From assembly GCA_045805065.1 (NCBI GenBank), contig JBJMMA010000201.1:1-55840 (forward strand): a DNA stretch of 55,840 nucleotides. The letters are read 5' to 3'. Below the pieces are notes generated by a model. The model was not told the origin of the DNA. It worked only from the letters and a program-made list of their open reading frames with translations, and ran no database searches. The position numbers and the translations under genes were made by a program. The stretch comes from Bdellovibrionia bacterium. Its GTDB lineage: Bacteria > Bdellovibrionota > UBA1018. Shown here one piece after another: positions 9,895 to 20,086 of this stretch (its first letter is position 1; every line of letters starts with the position of its first letter).

Positions 9895-10393
9895 TCGAAT
9901 CGATCCCGACGACTTGTCCGAACACTTTGTAAGCCTTGAAAAAGCCGCGGGTCACCACATGATGTCCGCTTTGATCATTGGCCATCAGCTCCCAGGTGTC
10001 GCCTTCACGGACCAGGTCAACCACTAACGTTCTGTAGCTATGGTTAATGGCGTTTCTCAAATAAGTGATTTGAAGTGTGCCTCCGTGGGCTGGGTCAAAG
10101 TCCGTGCTTTTGAGGATGGCGATATCGATGCCCTGATAGTTCATCAGAACGACCCCTTTGGAGAGGTCAGTCAGCTCAAGTTTCGCGGTCTTAGCGTCGG
10201 AGACAGCTTGGAATGCTGTGGCGGTGAAGTCATCATTGACCAGCACTTGGATATCTAGATTTCCCGCAATCGCGTCCGACGTGCCGCGTAAAAGCTGTTG
10301 CGCGGAATCTGCGAAAGCCAGCGATGAAATCGTCATGACCGCACTCATGCATAAAGTTAAAGCCGCGACTTTAAAGGAATTTGGCTTTCTCAT
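9878..10393 (-). CDS. Secreted hypothetical protein, paralog of 3978-4523
   Basis: Signal peptide ending SLAFA; shared motifs with 3978-4523. Confidence 0.8.
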   Translation of the reverse strand: MRKPNSFKVAALTLCMSAVMTISSLAFADSAQQLLRGTSDAIAGNLDIQVLVNDDFTATAFQAVSDAKTAKLELTDLSKGVVLMNYQGIDIAILKSTDFDPAHGGTLQITYLRNAINHSYRTLVVDLVREGDTWELMANDQSGHHVVTRGFFKAYKVFGQVVGIDSITLQP

Positions 10394-10520
10394 TTCTCTA
10401 GCTCCCCCAATTGGCTCTTAAGATTAGAAAGTCGGAAAGATTTGCCTATCTTCTCGGTGCTCGATCGGGGAACTTGAATAAATAAGTCTTGTATAAAAAT
10501 GATGCAGCCCGCAATGGCAA

Positions 10521-10536
10521 TGGCTGCGTTATTGCT
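10521..10536 (+). promoter_or_regulatory. Putative sigma54 promoter
   Basis: TGGCTGCGTTATTGCT with GG and GC 12 bp apart, upstream of the Gln-rich gene. Confidence 0.55.
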
Positions 10537-10550
10537 TGTGATAAGCCTCT

Positions 10551-11420
10551 ATGAAGTCTGCCGGTATGAAGACCACAGGCCTTGTCGCAACCTTGCTGGC
10601 TGTCGTTCTCGCGGGTGCTGTAATTCACAGCGAAAGGCATAAGGCCATGAATTCACAGCAGCCGGATCCTGCTATGACCACTTCCGCTGGCAGTGCTTCT
10701 GGAAATGATGGAGGAGCTCAAGTCTCCAATCAGTCCGCTGGACAATACAAGGGCGCTCCCGCTTTAAGTCGCGACCAAATCAATCAAAAGCTTGCACAAA
10801 ATGATCAGGAGCTTGCAGCCGCACAGACTCGACTTCAACGCGTGCAGGATGATCTTCTCGCCGCAAATCTGGATCAGCAGATCGAGCAACAACAGCAGCT
10901 TGTGACGCAACTGCAAGCCCAAGCTAAAGTGGGTGGCACGCAAGGAGAGATGTCCGCGCAGTTGCAAAATCAGGCGATTCTGACGGAACAGGGCTTTCAA
11001 GTTCTGCAGCAAAGGGCCGCAGCAGTTCAGCAACAGGTCCAAAATCAGCAGGGCATCTCAAATTTGATTGAGGAAAAGCTTCGACAAACGATTGCGCCTG
11101 CTGACAGTGACGTTATCGTTAGTCTGAATTCTCAGTTTCAGGCATCAGAACAACGGAAGCGCGCTCTGCAGGCGGAGCAGGACTCGCTTGTGCAACAGCA
11201 GCAGCAGCTTGCATCCAGCCGTTACGCTAGTCAGGCCCAGCAACAGCAACAGCAGCAAGCGGGAGCAGTCAGTACCAATGTTGCGCTTGATCAGGCCAAA
11301 GGCAGACTCGAAGACCTGAATCGTCAAAAGCAGCAGCTTCTCAATGAGGCTGATCAAGACAAGCGACGCGTACAAGAGCTTCAGTCCGAGCGCTCAACTC
11401 TTTTGAATCAGACTCAATAA
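10551..11420 (+). CDS. Membrane-anchored Gln-rich coiled-coil protein
   Basis: N-terminal hydrophobic segment, poly-Q tracts, heptad pattern; start may be 10566. Confidence 0.8.
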   Translation: MKSAGMKTTGLVATLLAVVLAGAVIHSERHKAMNSQQPDPAMTTSAGSASGNDGGAQVSNQSAGQYKGAPALSRDQINQKLAQNDQELAAAQTRLQRVQDDLLAANLDQQIEQQQQLVTQLQAQAKVGGTQGEMSAQLQNQAILTEQGFQVLQQRAAAVQQQVQNQQGISNLIEEKLRQTIAPADSDVIVSLNSQFQASEQRKRALQAEQDSLVQQQQQLASSRYASQAQQQQQQQAGAVSTNVALDQAKGRLEDLNRQKQQLLNEADQDKRRVQELQSERSTLLNQTQ

Positions 11421-12661
11421 GCCCAGTAAGGGCCTGTTCCCAGGGTGGACGACGTGCCCTCAATTCCCAGGTAAACGTTTCGTCCCAGATAGAACGGAAG
11501 TCCCCAGTCAAAGAGCCCATTCAAGCCTCCACTGCCGGATGAGCCAGACATGCTTGGGAAAACCCATGCGCCTGAGTTACTCAGCAGGTCTCGCATACTG
11601 ACGACCTGAAAATCAAAGCTTCCGCTTGGTGATCCTGTATACGCGGAATTAGTCGCAGTCAGCAGTGTCTGAGTTGAAGGACAGAACCAGCCCCCGAGAC
11701 TTCCACCGCAATCCGCGACAACGCCGCTTGGAAAGAAGAGTCCATTGGATCCGCTATCAATGAAGCTTCGATAGGTGTGGCCATTGAAGCTTGTTACAAA
11801 CTGCGCGGTCTGTGGATCTGCGGCGAACGTTTGAACGCTTCCAGGGATATTGTTGGAGCGAGTCCCGATACCAAAGACAATGTAGCCATTCGTGGACGCC
11901 GTGCCTGTTGCTGCAACACTTGGAAGCTCGAGAATGACGCCGTTGTTATCAATCGGGAGCAGCGATGCAGGATTTTGCACCTGGCTTGTGACCGCGAGCC
12001 GGGTGCTCGTGCAGCTTGATCCGCTGCAAGCGTAATACATCCCGTTGTTAGTGGTCGATGCGCAATCAGGGCCGCAATCCTGGGCGAAAAGTCCGATTCC
12101 CAAAATGCCGTTAAAGCCCGCATCCGATGGGCCGGTGTCCGGGTTTGCACAGTTGTAGTGGCCCGAAAAATAGGTCGAATCAATGACCTGAATGGGCGAC
12201 GTGATGGTGGGTTCACCGCCCAGAACAAGATCCGCGGTTGCCACGGGCCCCCAATCCGCTGAGCCATCGCCAAAGTGCACGCATTGTGCGACCGGGGTAG
12301 ATGATGCGTTAACAACTTGAGGCAGTGACAGGTTCCCAAGCGCGGACTTGAACACACGCAGCCCATAGCTTCCCGTATCTACGAGCAAGTCATTCACGGT
12401 CACGCAATGATTCGTGCCGGGTTCGCAGATCGTTACGCTTGCGCAAGGTTTGTTGGGATAAGTGTTCGAGCATCCAGGTCCGTTCACGCTCAAGCTCATG
12501 ACGTTTGGCCCACTGAGGGCAGGGAGCGAGGTGCCGTTAGGAAGCGAATAGGGAAACGGATTGATGCTGGGCTGCGAAGGGCTCCCGTTGCTTGCTCCGA
12601 TGCAGCCTGAAGACAGGATGCAAAACCCGGTTGCCAACAGAAGTCGATTGAATGTTTTCAT
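11414..12661 (-). CDS. DUF3443-family lipoprotein with pepsin-like DTG/DSG motifs
   Basis: Lipobox-like LSSGC after ATG 12661; LLVDTGSYGLR, FNGILGIG, FIDSGSN, FDWGLPFYLGRNVY; paired with DUF2844. Confidence 0.85.
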   Translation of the reverse strand: MKTFNRLLLATGFCILSSGCIGASNGSPSQPSINPFPYSLPNGTSLPALSGPNVMSLSVNGPGCSNTYPNKPCASVTICEPGTNHCVTVNDLLVDTGSYGLRVFKSALGNLSLPQVVNASSTPVAQCVHFGDGSADWGPVATADLVLGGEPTITSPIQVIDSTYFSGHYNCANPDTGPSDAGFNGILGIGLFAQDCGPDCASTTNNGMYYACSGSSCTSTRLAVTSQVQNPASLLPIDNNGVILELPSVAATGTASTNGYIVFGIGTRSNNIPGSVQTFAADPQTAQFVTSFNGHTYRSFIDSGSNGLFFPSGVVADCGGSLGGWFCPSTQTLLTATNSAYTGSPSGSFDFQVVSMRDLLSNSGAWVFPSMSGSSGSGGLNGLFDWGLPFYLGRNVYLGIEGTSSTLGTGPYWAY

Positions 12662-12662
12662 T

Positions 12663-13121
12663 TTAAAGCTCTCCGGGAATATCACCCAGGGAGACGCCTC
12701 CGGGAATGAGGGAAGGGTCATAGGCGCGGCCGCTGAGGCTTCTCATATGGCCCCAATGCTCGACAACCACTCGATCCGTGCGTATGGAGCGGCTTCGGCG
12801 ACCATGCTGGCGCACCGATCCCTTCACAGCGTTTTCGTATTCGCCATTGTAGGAGCCCAGGAGAATGGAGAGGTCAGGTTGCGCGATCCCGCTCCAGGTC
12901 ACGGCAAAGACTACTCCGGAAGGTGAGATAAACTCACGAACTGTAGTGGTATCCGACTGGGTCGTTCGCACGGAAAAAGACTCGCGAATCTCGGAACGGG
13001 CTGAGAAACCCGAAGGCATGCGGCTTACAGAGTTCGCAGACTCTGCGATCTCGCCTAAAATAGCGTGAGAGATGTTGGGATGAAGAAAAATTAATGGCAA
13101 AATCAGAAGGTAAAGCCTCAT
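12663..13121 (-). CDS. DUF2844-family secreted protein
   Basis: TVREFISPSGVVFAVTWSG...PDLSILLGSY, GHMR...GRAY; AGGAG SD before ATG 13121. Confidence 0.85.
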   Translation of the reverse strand: MRLYLLILPLIFLHPNISHAILGEIAESANSVSRMPSGFSARSEIRESFSVRTTQSDTTTVREFISPSGVVFAVTWSGIAQPDLSILLGSYNGEYENAVKGSVRQHGRRSRSIRTDRVVVEHWGHMRSLSGRAYDPSLIPGGVSLGDIPGEL

Positions 13122-13336
13122 GCTTAGCACTCCTAAGTATTTCGTGGACCTTTCGTTGACCCTTCCTGGGTCCTCGTTGTAATAGTGTGATCTAGTGCCC
13201 CAGATCAGCTATATATTTAATGATCGTGTAAAAAGCGGGGATTAGTAAAGCAGTTTAAAATCCGGATCATTTCAGGTAGGTAACGGATAGGTACATGTCG
13301 GTAAAAAGTACCTAGGCGAAATAGGGAAAGACGAAA

Positions 13337-16300
13337 ATGAGCCTCTCCGAAATTTCAATTCGACGTCCGGTATTTGCCTGGATGCTCATGTTTGCATTGA
13401 TTGTTTTTGGCGCCATCGGTTTTCAGCGCATGGGAATCAGTCAAATGCCTGACGTGAATTTCCCCGTTGTGAACGTTTCGCTTGAGCTGGATAACGCGGC
13501 TCCTGAAGTCATGGAAATGGACGTCGTTGACCCGATTGAAGATGCGGTCATGGGAATTGAGGGGCTGAAGAACGTCACTTCCACAGCAAGTCATGGCACG
13601 GCGAACATCACCTGCGAGTTCGAGCTCAATCATAATATTGACGTGGCGCTCTCTGAGGTTCAGGACCGAATTACTCAGGCACGCAGAAAACTCCCAACAT
13701 CGCTTTATCCGCCCGTCATCACCAAAACCAATCCTGAAGATCAACCGATCATGTGGGGCATGGTCACCGCTGATCCAGGCGTCTCGCTTTATCAGCAGAT
13801 GACCTACGCGCGGAACACCTTGAAAGACCAGCTCTCAACGATTGCTGGCGTTGGAAATGTCGTCCTTCGTGGCTATGTGGATCCTAACCTGAGAGTTTGG
13901 GTCGATATCAACAAGCTCAATCGTTTTGAGCTCACTTCGACGGATATCATCAATTCGATCACGGCGGGTCAGATTGAGCAGCCCGCAGGCCGAATTGAAG
14001 GAATAGATAAAGAATTCAATATTCGCGTTCTGGGAGAAGCCAAGACTCCTCAAGATTTTGGAAACATCCGCTTGGATTCACGCGGTGGCGGTCCCAACTA
14101 TAAGCCGATGCCGCTCTCTCAGATTGCATCAGTCGAAGAAGGCATTGCGGACCTTCGAGCGATTTCTCGTTATAACGGAAAAATGGCCGTGGGCCTTGGC
14201 ATCGTCAAACAGCACGGCGCCAACGCAGTTGAAGTCTCCAACCTGGTTTATAAAAAGGTCGATCAGCTGAGACCGACTTTGCTGCCGGGCTTCCACATGG
14301 ACGTGCAGCTCGATACAACGAAGTACATCCGGGACTCCGTCCATGAGCTGAACTTCACGCTGATTCTCTCTGCGATCCTGACTTCGATCATCTGCTATCT
14401 CTTTCTGGGCTCGTGGTCTTCAACCTTTAATGTGCTTCTGGCAATTCCGACATCGATCGTGGGCGCCTTTCTTGCGCTCTACTTTTTCGGGTTCACACTC
14501 AATACATTCACGCTTCTTGGCCTCTCGCTTGCGATCGGGATCGTGGTCGATGACGCGATCATGATGCTTGAGAATATCGTCAGGCACGCCGAGATGGGCA
14601 AGCCTCGCAGACAGGCCGCGATTGATGGGTCCAACGAGATCACCTTCGCTGCCCTGGCGGCAACACTCGCTATTGCGGCGATTTTTATCCCAGTCATCTT
14701 CATGCAAGGGGTTGTGGGTCGCTTCTTCTATCAATACGGAATCACGGTGACCGTGGCTGTTCTTCTTTCGCTGCTTGAGGCGCTCACTCTGACGCCTATG
14801 CGGTGCGCTCGCTTTCTTCATACGTCTCATTCCGGAAACCCGGGCTGGGTATTGAGAACGATGGACGCTTGGATGTCCAAGCTCGAGAAACGGTATCGAG
14901 GACTACTTGAAACCACGCTCAAGTATCGCAAGGCAGTGCTTGGGGCATCGGTTGCGCTCTTTATCGTGTCAGCTTTGATGCTTGTTCCGATGAGAAAAGA
15001 GCTGATTCCAGCGCAAGATCAGTCGCTCTTTCTACTCTCTCTGAAGACACCCGTAGGAACCGCAATCAAGGCCACGGATACGGTTTTCAAAAAGGCCGAA
15101 GAGTATCTAAAAAAACAGCCAGAAGTGAAAGACCTGTACACGACGGTCGGAAACTATAACGATAACGACATCGTCAATGCAGGCTACATTTATGTGATGC
15201 TGAAGGATCCTGATGCAAGAAAAGCGCGTCAGACGGAAGTGATGAGCCGTACGCGGAAAGAGATCTCTTCACTTCTTCCAGAAACCGAAGTGGTTGTGCA
15301 GGACCTGTCCTTGACGGGCCTGAGCGCCTCGCGAGGCTTTCCAGTCGAATTCACGGTTCAAGGTCCCGATTGGACTAAACTTGCGCAGGTCTCGCGCGAT
15401 CTGATGGCAAAGCTTGGCAGCACGGGCACTCTGACAGACATTCATACGGACTTTCAGGATGGAATGCCTGAGATTGACATCGTGCCTGATCGTATTCGCG
15501 CTTCGAGCCGCGGCTTGAGCGTGAACTCAATGGGACAAGAAGTCAGCATCCTGATGGGTGGACAGGTTTTCAGCGCCAACACGCAATATCCATCCGGTGG
15601 GCACCGCTACGATATCCGCGTACGTTCCGATAAGGATCAGCATAATGATCCAAAAGATCTGGATAAAATCCTACTGAGAAACAATCGCGGCGAAGTGCTT
15701 CCGATCGCTCAAGCGGCCGATATCAAGCAAACCACGGCACTGCAGCTGATCTCGCGCCTCAATCGCCAGCGCGCGATTCCAATTTATGCAAACGTGGCTG
15801 AAGGAAAATCCCAGCACGCGGCTCTCAATCAGGTCGAAGAAATCGCCAAACAGACACTTCCTGCGGGTTATAAAGTTGTCATGACCGGAAGCGCGCAAGC
15901 GTTTCGTGATGCTTTTGACGGTCTGGTCTTTGCGCTCTTGCTGGGGATCATCGTGGCCTATATGGTGCTTGCGGCCCAGTTCAATAGCTTCATCCACCCG
16001 GTGACTGTTCTTACGGCGCTTCCGTTCAGCTTAACAGGTGCTCTGATTTCGCTCTATGTGACCGGTCAAACGATCAATCTGTTTAGTATGATCGGATTGA
16101 TTCTGCTCATGGGGATCGTGAAGAAGAACTCCATTCTCCTGGTCGATTTCACCAATCAGCGGAGGTCTGAAGGACTTGCTCCTCATCAAGCGCTTCTTGA
16201 AGCCTGCCCTGTGAGGTTGCGCCCAATTCTCATGACCTCAGTCGCAACGGTCGTTGGTGCGCTTCCTGGCGCTCTGGCGTTGGGACCAGGAGCCGAAACT

Positions 16301-16426
16301 CGTATTCCAATGGCGATTTCAATTGTCGGTGGTGTGACTGCATCGACTCTTCTCACGCTTTTTGTGGTTCCTTGTGTCTACAGCCTTTTCGTTCGATTTG
16401 AGCGTCCGGAAAAGGAAGAGGCTTAA
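13337..16426 (+). CDS. RND efflux transporter permease (AcrB/MdtBC-like), copy 1
   Basis: GIVVDDAIMMLENI, GIVKKNSILLVDF, RLRPILMTS; 1029 aa. Confidence 0.95.
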   Translation: MSLSEISIRRPVFAWMLMFALIVFGAIGFQRMGISQMPDVNFPVVNVSLELDNAAPEVMEMDVVDPIEDAVMGIEGLKNVTSTASHGTANITCEFELNHNIDVALSEVQDRITQARRKLPTSLYPPVITKTNPEDQPIMWGMVTADPGVSLYQQMTYARNTLKDQLSTIAGVGNVVLRGYVDPNLRVWVDINKLNRFELTSTDIINSITAGQIEQPAGRIEGIDKEFNIRVLGEAKTPQDFGNIRLDSRGGGPNYKPMPLSQIASVEEGIADLRAISRYNGKMAVGLGIVKQHGANAVEVSNLVYKKVDQLRPTLLPGFHMDVQLDTTKYIRDSVHELNFTLILSAILTSIICYLFLGSWSSTFNVLLAIPTSIVGAFLALYFFGFTLNTFTLLGLSLAIGIVVDDAIMMLENIVRHAEMGKPRRQAAIDGSNEITFAALAATLAIAAIFIPVIFMQGVVGRFFYQYGITVTVAVLLSLLEALTLTPMRCARFLHTSHSGNPGWVLRTMDAWMSKLEKRYRGLLETTLKYRKAVLGASVALFIVSALMLVPMRKELIPAQDQSLFLLSLKTPVGTAIKATDTVFKKAEEYLKKQPEVKDLYTTVGNYNDNDIVNAGYIYVMLKDPDARKARQTEVMSRTRKEISSLLPETEVVVQDLSLTGLSASRGFPVEFTVQGPDWTKLAQVSRDLMAKLGSTGTLTDIHTDFQDGMPEIDIVPDRIRASSRGLSVNSMGQEVSILMGGQVFSANTQYPSGGHRYDIRVRSDKDQHNDPKDLDKILLRNNRGEVLPIAQAADIKQTTALQLISRLNRQRAIPIYANVAEGKSQHAALNQVEEIAKQTLPAGYKVVMTGSAQAFRDAFDGLVFALLLGIIVAYMVLAAQFNSFIHPVTVLTALPFSLTGALISLYVTGQTINLFSMIGLILLMGIVKKNSILLVDFTNQRRSEGLAPHQALLEACPVRLRPILMTSVATVVGALPGALALGPGAETRIPMAISIVGGVTASTLLTLFVVPCVYSLFVRFERPEKEEA

Positions 16427-16428
16427 GC

Positions 16429-19400
16429 ATGATCTTGTCTGAGATCTCGATCCGAAGGCCTGTCTTTGCGTGGATGCTCATGGCAGCTTTGATTGTCTTT
16501 GGCCTGATCTCTTTCAATCGATTGGGAATGAGCCAGTTGCCGGACGTGGATTTTCCCGTGGTCAGCGTATCGCTCTCCTTGCAGGGTGCGGCACCAGTCG
16601 TGATGGAAAGTCAGGTGATCGATCCGATCGAAGACACGATCATGCAGATCGAGGGAATTCGAAGCATCAATTCCACCTCATCCATGTCCTCAGGCAGAGT
16701 CTCGGTCGAGTTCGAGCTCGGTCGCGACATCGATCAAGCCGTTCAGGATGTTCAAAATCGCATCTCCCAGATTCAAAATCAGCTTCCTAAGGACCTGAAG
16801 CCTCCAACCGTTCGCAAAAGCAATCCTGAAGATCAGCCGATTCTATGGATTGCCGTGACAGGCGATAGTTCAGTCTCGCTGATGGATATGATGATGTATT
16901 CGCGAGACACTCTCTTTGATCAGTTCAGTTCGATCCCGGGCGTTGGCGATATTTCCCTGGGGGGATACGTCGATCCTGCGCTCAGAGTCTGGGTGGATCT
17001 TGATAAGCTCAATCGCTACAGCTTTACCTCGGATGACGTGCTGAATGCGATCACGAACGAACATAAAGAGGTCCCCGCGGGTCGCCTTGAGAGCGACGAA
17101 CGCGAGTACAATCTGAGAATCAGAGGGGAAGCAACGACCCCAGAAGAGTTCTCAAATATCCTGATTGAGAACCGAAGTGGACAAGGGGTGAACTTCAAGC
17201 CTACGCCGCTGAGCGCTGTTGCAAAAGTGGAGGAAGGCACAGCGGATGTTCGGAGAATCTCACGCTTCAATCAGCAGCTTGCCGTAGGATTGGGAATTCA
17301 GAAGCGACATGGCGCCAATGCCGTTGAAGTCGCCGAGGCAGTTCGAAAGAGAGTTGAAGAGATTCAACCTACTTTGCCGAAGCAGTACCATGTCGAAGTG
17401 CGCTCGGACTCGACTCGCTTTATCAAGCAATCGGTTCATTCGCTGATTTTTACGCTCGTTCTATCGGCGATTCTGACGTCTCTGGTTTGTTTTCTCTTTC
17501 TGGGATCGTGGAGTTCGACGATCAACGTTCTCTTTGCCATCCCAACCTCGCTCGTTGGCGCCTTCATCTTTCTGCATTTCTTTGGCTTCACGCTGAATAC
17601 TTTCACTCTTCTGGGCCTTGCTCTTGCGATCGGAATTGTCGTCGATGATGCGATCATGATGCTGGAGAATATCGTCCGGCATCGCGAGATGGGTAAGAAG
17701 CGAAAGCAGGCGGCGATTGATGGCTCAAGGGAAATCACCTTTGCCGCGGTGGCCGCGACCGTCGCAGTGGTTGCGATTTTCATCCCTGTCATTTTCATGA
17801 AAGGCGTCATCGGGCGCTATTTCTTCCAATACGGAATCACAGTCACGGCTGCTGTGCTGCTGTCACTTCTTGAAGCGCTCACACTCACACCGATGCGCTG
17901 CTCGCAGTATCTCACCGCGGGAGATCGTCAAAGCCGATTCGCTCAAAAGCTGGATCACGCGTTTCATGGTCTGGCAAAACGGTATCAGTCAACCCTTGAG
18001 TTTGTCCTTGCTCACCGGATCAAGACCCTTCTGATTGCGGCGCTGGTCTTTGTTCTGGGCTTTGGTCTTGCCAAGAAACTTCCAAGCGAGATGATGCCTG
18101 CGCAAGATCAGTCGCAGATCATGCTTCGGTTCAAGGGCCCGCCCGAGGCCTCGATCGATTACACCGATCAAAGACTCAAGAAAGCCGAAGCCTATCTTAG
18201 AACCCTTCCTGAAGTGGACGGAGTCTTTGCCACTGTCGGGGGCTTTGGTGGAGATGCGGTCAATCAGGCGCAGATTTTCGTATCGCTCGTGGATCGCTCG
18301 AAGAGAAAGCTTTCTCAGGCCGAGCTAACGAACATTATTCGCGAGTACCTGAACAAGAACGTGAAAGGCATTCGCGTGAACGCTCAGGACATGTCACTCC
18401 GGGGCTTTGCTCCGACACGTGGCTTTCCTGTCGAGTTCATCATTCAGGGTCCTGATTGGGAGAAGTTGGAAGAGCTCAGTGAGCAGCTCACGGATGAACT
18501 TGAGAAAACCGGCGTCCTGGTCGACGTGAATACCGATATCCAAAAGCAGGTGAAGGAAATTCACGTAGTTCCGGACCGCGATGCGCTCTCCAAGTATGCT
18601 GTCTCGATGAATTCCGTTTCCACGGCCTTGAACGCTCTGGTGGGCGGTGCATTGTTGAATGGCCAGACCGAGTATCCAAAGAACGGGCATCGTTATGAGA
18701 TTGAAGTTCGCTTGCTTGCGCCCCAAAGAAGTCAGGCCGAACAACTGAACATGATTCAGGTGCGAAACAATCGAGGCGAGGCGGTTCGTCTCTCAAAACT
18801 AGTGAAGATCGTCAACGATGATGCCCTTCAATCCATCACACGGTTGAATCGAGCGAGATCCATCTCGATTTACGCAAATCCTGCTCCAGGGCATGCGCAA
18901 CAAGAGGCGCTCAAGGTGGCAGAGGGAGTGGCGAAGAGGATTCTGCCGCAAGGATATTATTATAAGATGAGTGGAAGTTCCCAAAGCTTCAAGGAGTCTT
19001 TTGATGGCCTGATCATGGCACTGCTTTTGGGGATTTTGGTTTCTTACATGGTTCTGGCGTCGCAGTTCAACAGCTTCATCCATCCCGTGGTGGTCTTGCT
19101 GGCTCTGCCATTCAGCTTTACTGGCGCCTTTGCGGCGCTCGCACTTTTTCACCAGTCGATCAACATCTACAGCATGATTGGTTTCATTCTATTGATGGGG
19201 ATCGTGAAGAAGAACTCGATTCTTCTCGTGGATTTCACTAATCAACTTCGATCTCAAGGATCAGACGTGAAGCGGGCTTTATTGGATGCGTGCCCCGTGA
19301 GACTCAGGCCAATCATCATGACTTCGCTTGCTACGGTTGCAGGCGCGTTACCGGAAGCTCTTGCGATTGGCCCAGGATCAGAGACCACGGTACCGATGTC

Positions 19401-19512
19401 GATTGCAATCATCGGTGGAGTGATCGCATCCACGGTTCTGACACTTTTTGTCGTGCCTTGTGCTTACAGTCTTCTGGCAAAGCTTGAGCGGCCAGATGAG
19501 CTTAGCCAGTGA
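16429..19512 (+). CDS. RND efflux transporter permease, copy 2
   Basis: Same motifs; co-linear paralog of copy 1; 1027 aa. Confidence 0.95.
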   Translation: MILSEISIRRPVFAWMLMAALIVFGLISFNRLGMSQLPDVDFPVVSVSLSLQGAAPVVMESQVIDPIEDTIMQIEGIRSINSTSSMSSGRVSVEFELGRDIDQAVQDVQNRISQIQNQLPKDLKPPTVRKSNPEDQPILWIAVTGDSSVSLMDMMMYSRDTLFDQFSSIPGVGDISLGGYVDPALRVWVDLDKLNRYSFTSDDVLNAITNEHKEVPAGRLESDEREYNLRIRGEATTPEEFSNILIENRSGQGVNFKPTPLSAVAKVEEGTADVRRISRFNQQLAVGLGIQKRHGANAVEVAEAVRKRVEEIQPTLPKQYHVEVRSDSTRFIKQSVHSLIFTLVLSAILTSLVCFLFLGSWSSTINVLFAIPTSLVGAFIFLHFFGFTLNTFTLLGLALAIGIVVDDAIMMLENIVRHREMGKKRKQAAIDGSREITFAAVAATVAVVAIFIPVIFMKGVIGRYFFQYGITVTAAVLLSLLEALTLTPMRCSQYLTAGDRQSRFAQKLDHAFHGLAKRYQSTLEFVLAHRIKTLLIAALVFVLGFGLAKKLPSEMMPAQDQSQIMLRFKGPPEASIDYTDQRLKKAEAYLRTLPEVDGVFATVGGFGGDAVNQAQIFVSLVDRSKRKLSQAELTNIIREYLNKNVKGIRVNAQDMSLRGFAPTRGFPVEFIIQGPDWEKLEELSEQLTDELEKTGVLVDVNTDIQKQVKEIHVVPDRDALSKYAVSMNSVSTALNALVGGALLNGQTEYPKNGHRYEIEVRLLAPQRSQAEQLNMIQVRNNRGEAVRLSKLVKIVNDDALQSITRLNRARSISIYANPAPGHAQQEALKVAEGVAKRILPQGYYYKMSGSSQSFKESFDGLIMALLLGILVSYMVLASQFNSFIHPVVVLLALPFSFTGAFAALALFHQSINIYSMIGFILLMGIVKKNSILLVDFTNQLRSQGSDVKRALLDACPVRLRPIIMTSLATVAGALPEALAIGPGSETTVPMSIAIIGGVIASTVLTLFVVPCAYSLLAKLERPDELSQ

Positions 19513-20023
19513 TACCGCCGTTTAAAGTCACGGTGCTTGGGCAGCTGCTGCTGTAAGACGAGTACTGGGAATTGTTCTGCTGGAGGTACAGGCTTCCGCT
19601 CAACTGATTGTTTGAGTAGTAAAGAGTACCCGTATAGGTACACGTCATAGAAGTCTGATTTCCATAGTTGTTATAGCCATTATAATAGCCGTTGTTATAA
19701 CCCGAACCGTATCCATAGCCGTAGCCTGATTGGCTCTGTTGAGACGCCGTGACCAGAGTAAGGGTGACATTGTTGAGATGACCACTGCCGTCGTTCGTCC
19801 CCGTCAGGGTTTCGGACGAAAAGCAGCTGTTGCTGCCGGAGCCGTTCACGTTGCCACCGCTTTCAGAAAGGCTCAGATTGAGTTGCGTATTTGCGCATTG
19901 GCTGGAGAAGTATCCTCCCTGGATTGATTGGGTGATCGAGTAGGTGCCCGACATGCCCTTTCCACAAGCCACTGCCATGATACTAAGAACCGCCAAACCT
20001 GCTGCTTTTTTCATCAACTTCAT
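19502..20023 (-). CDS. Lipoprotein with a G/Y/N/S-rich low-complexity insert
   Basis: MKLMKK...MAVAC lipobox from ATG 20023; SGYGYGYGSGYNNGYYNGYNNYGN tract. Confidence 0.8.
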   Translation of the reverse strand: MKLMKKAAGLAVLSIMAVACGKGMSGTYSITQSIQGGYFSSQCANTQLNLSLSESGGNVNGSGSNSCFSSETLTGTNDGSGHLNNVTLTLVTASQQSQSGYGYGYGSGYNNGYYNGYNNYGNQTSMTCTYTGTLYYSNNQLSGSLYLQQNNSQYSSYSSSCPSTVTLNGGITG

Positions 20024-20086
20024 ATGTATAAGGTCCTGCAAATTAAAGATCGGCGTCCGACTTGAACGCGATTGCGCGGGCACATG

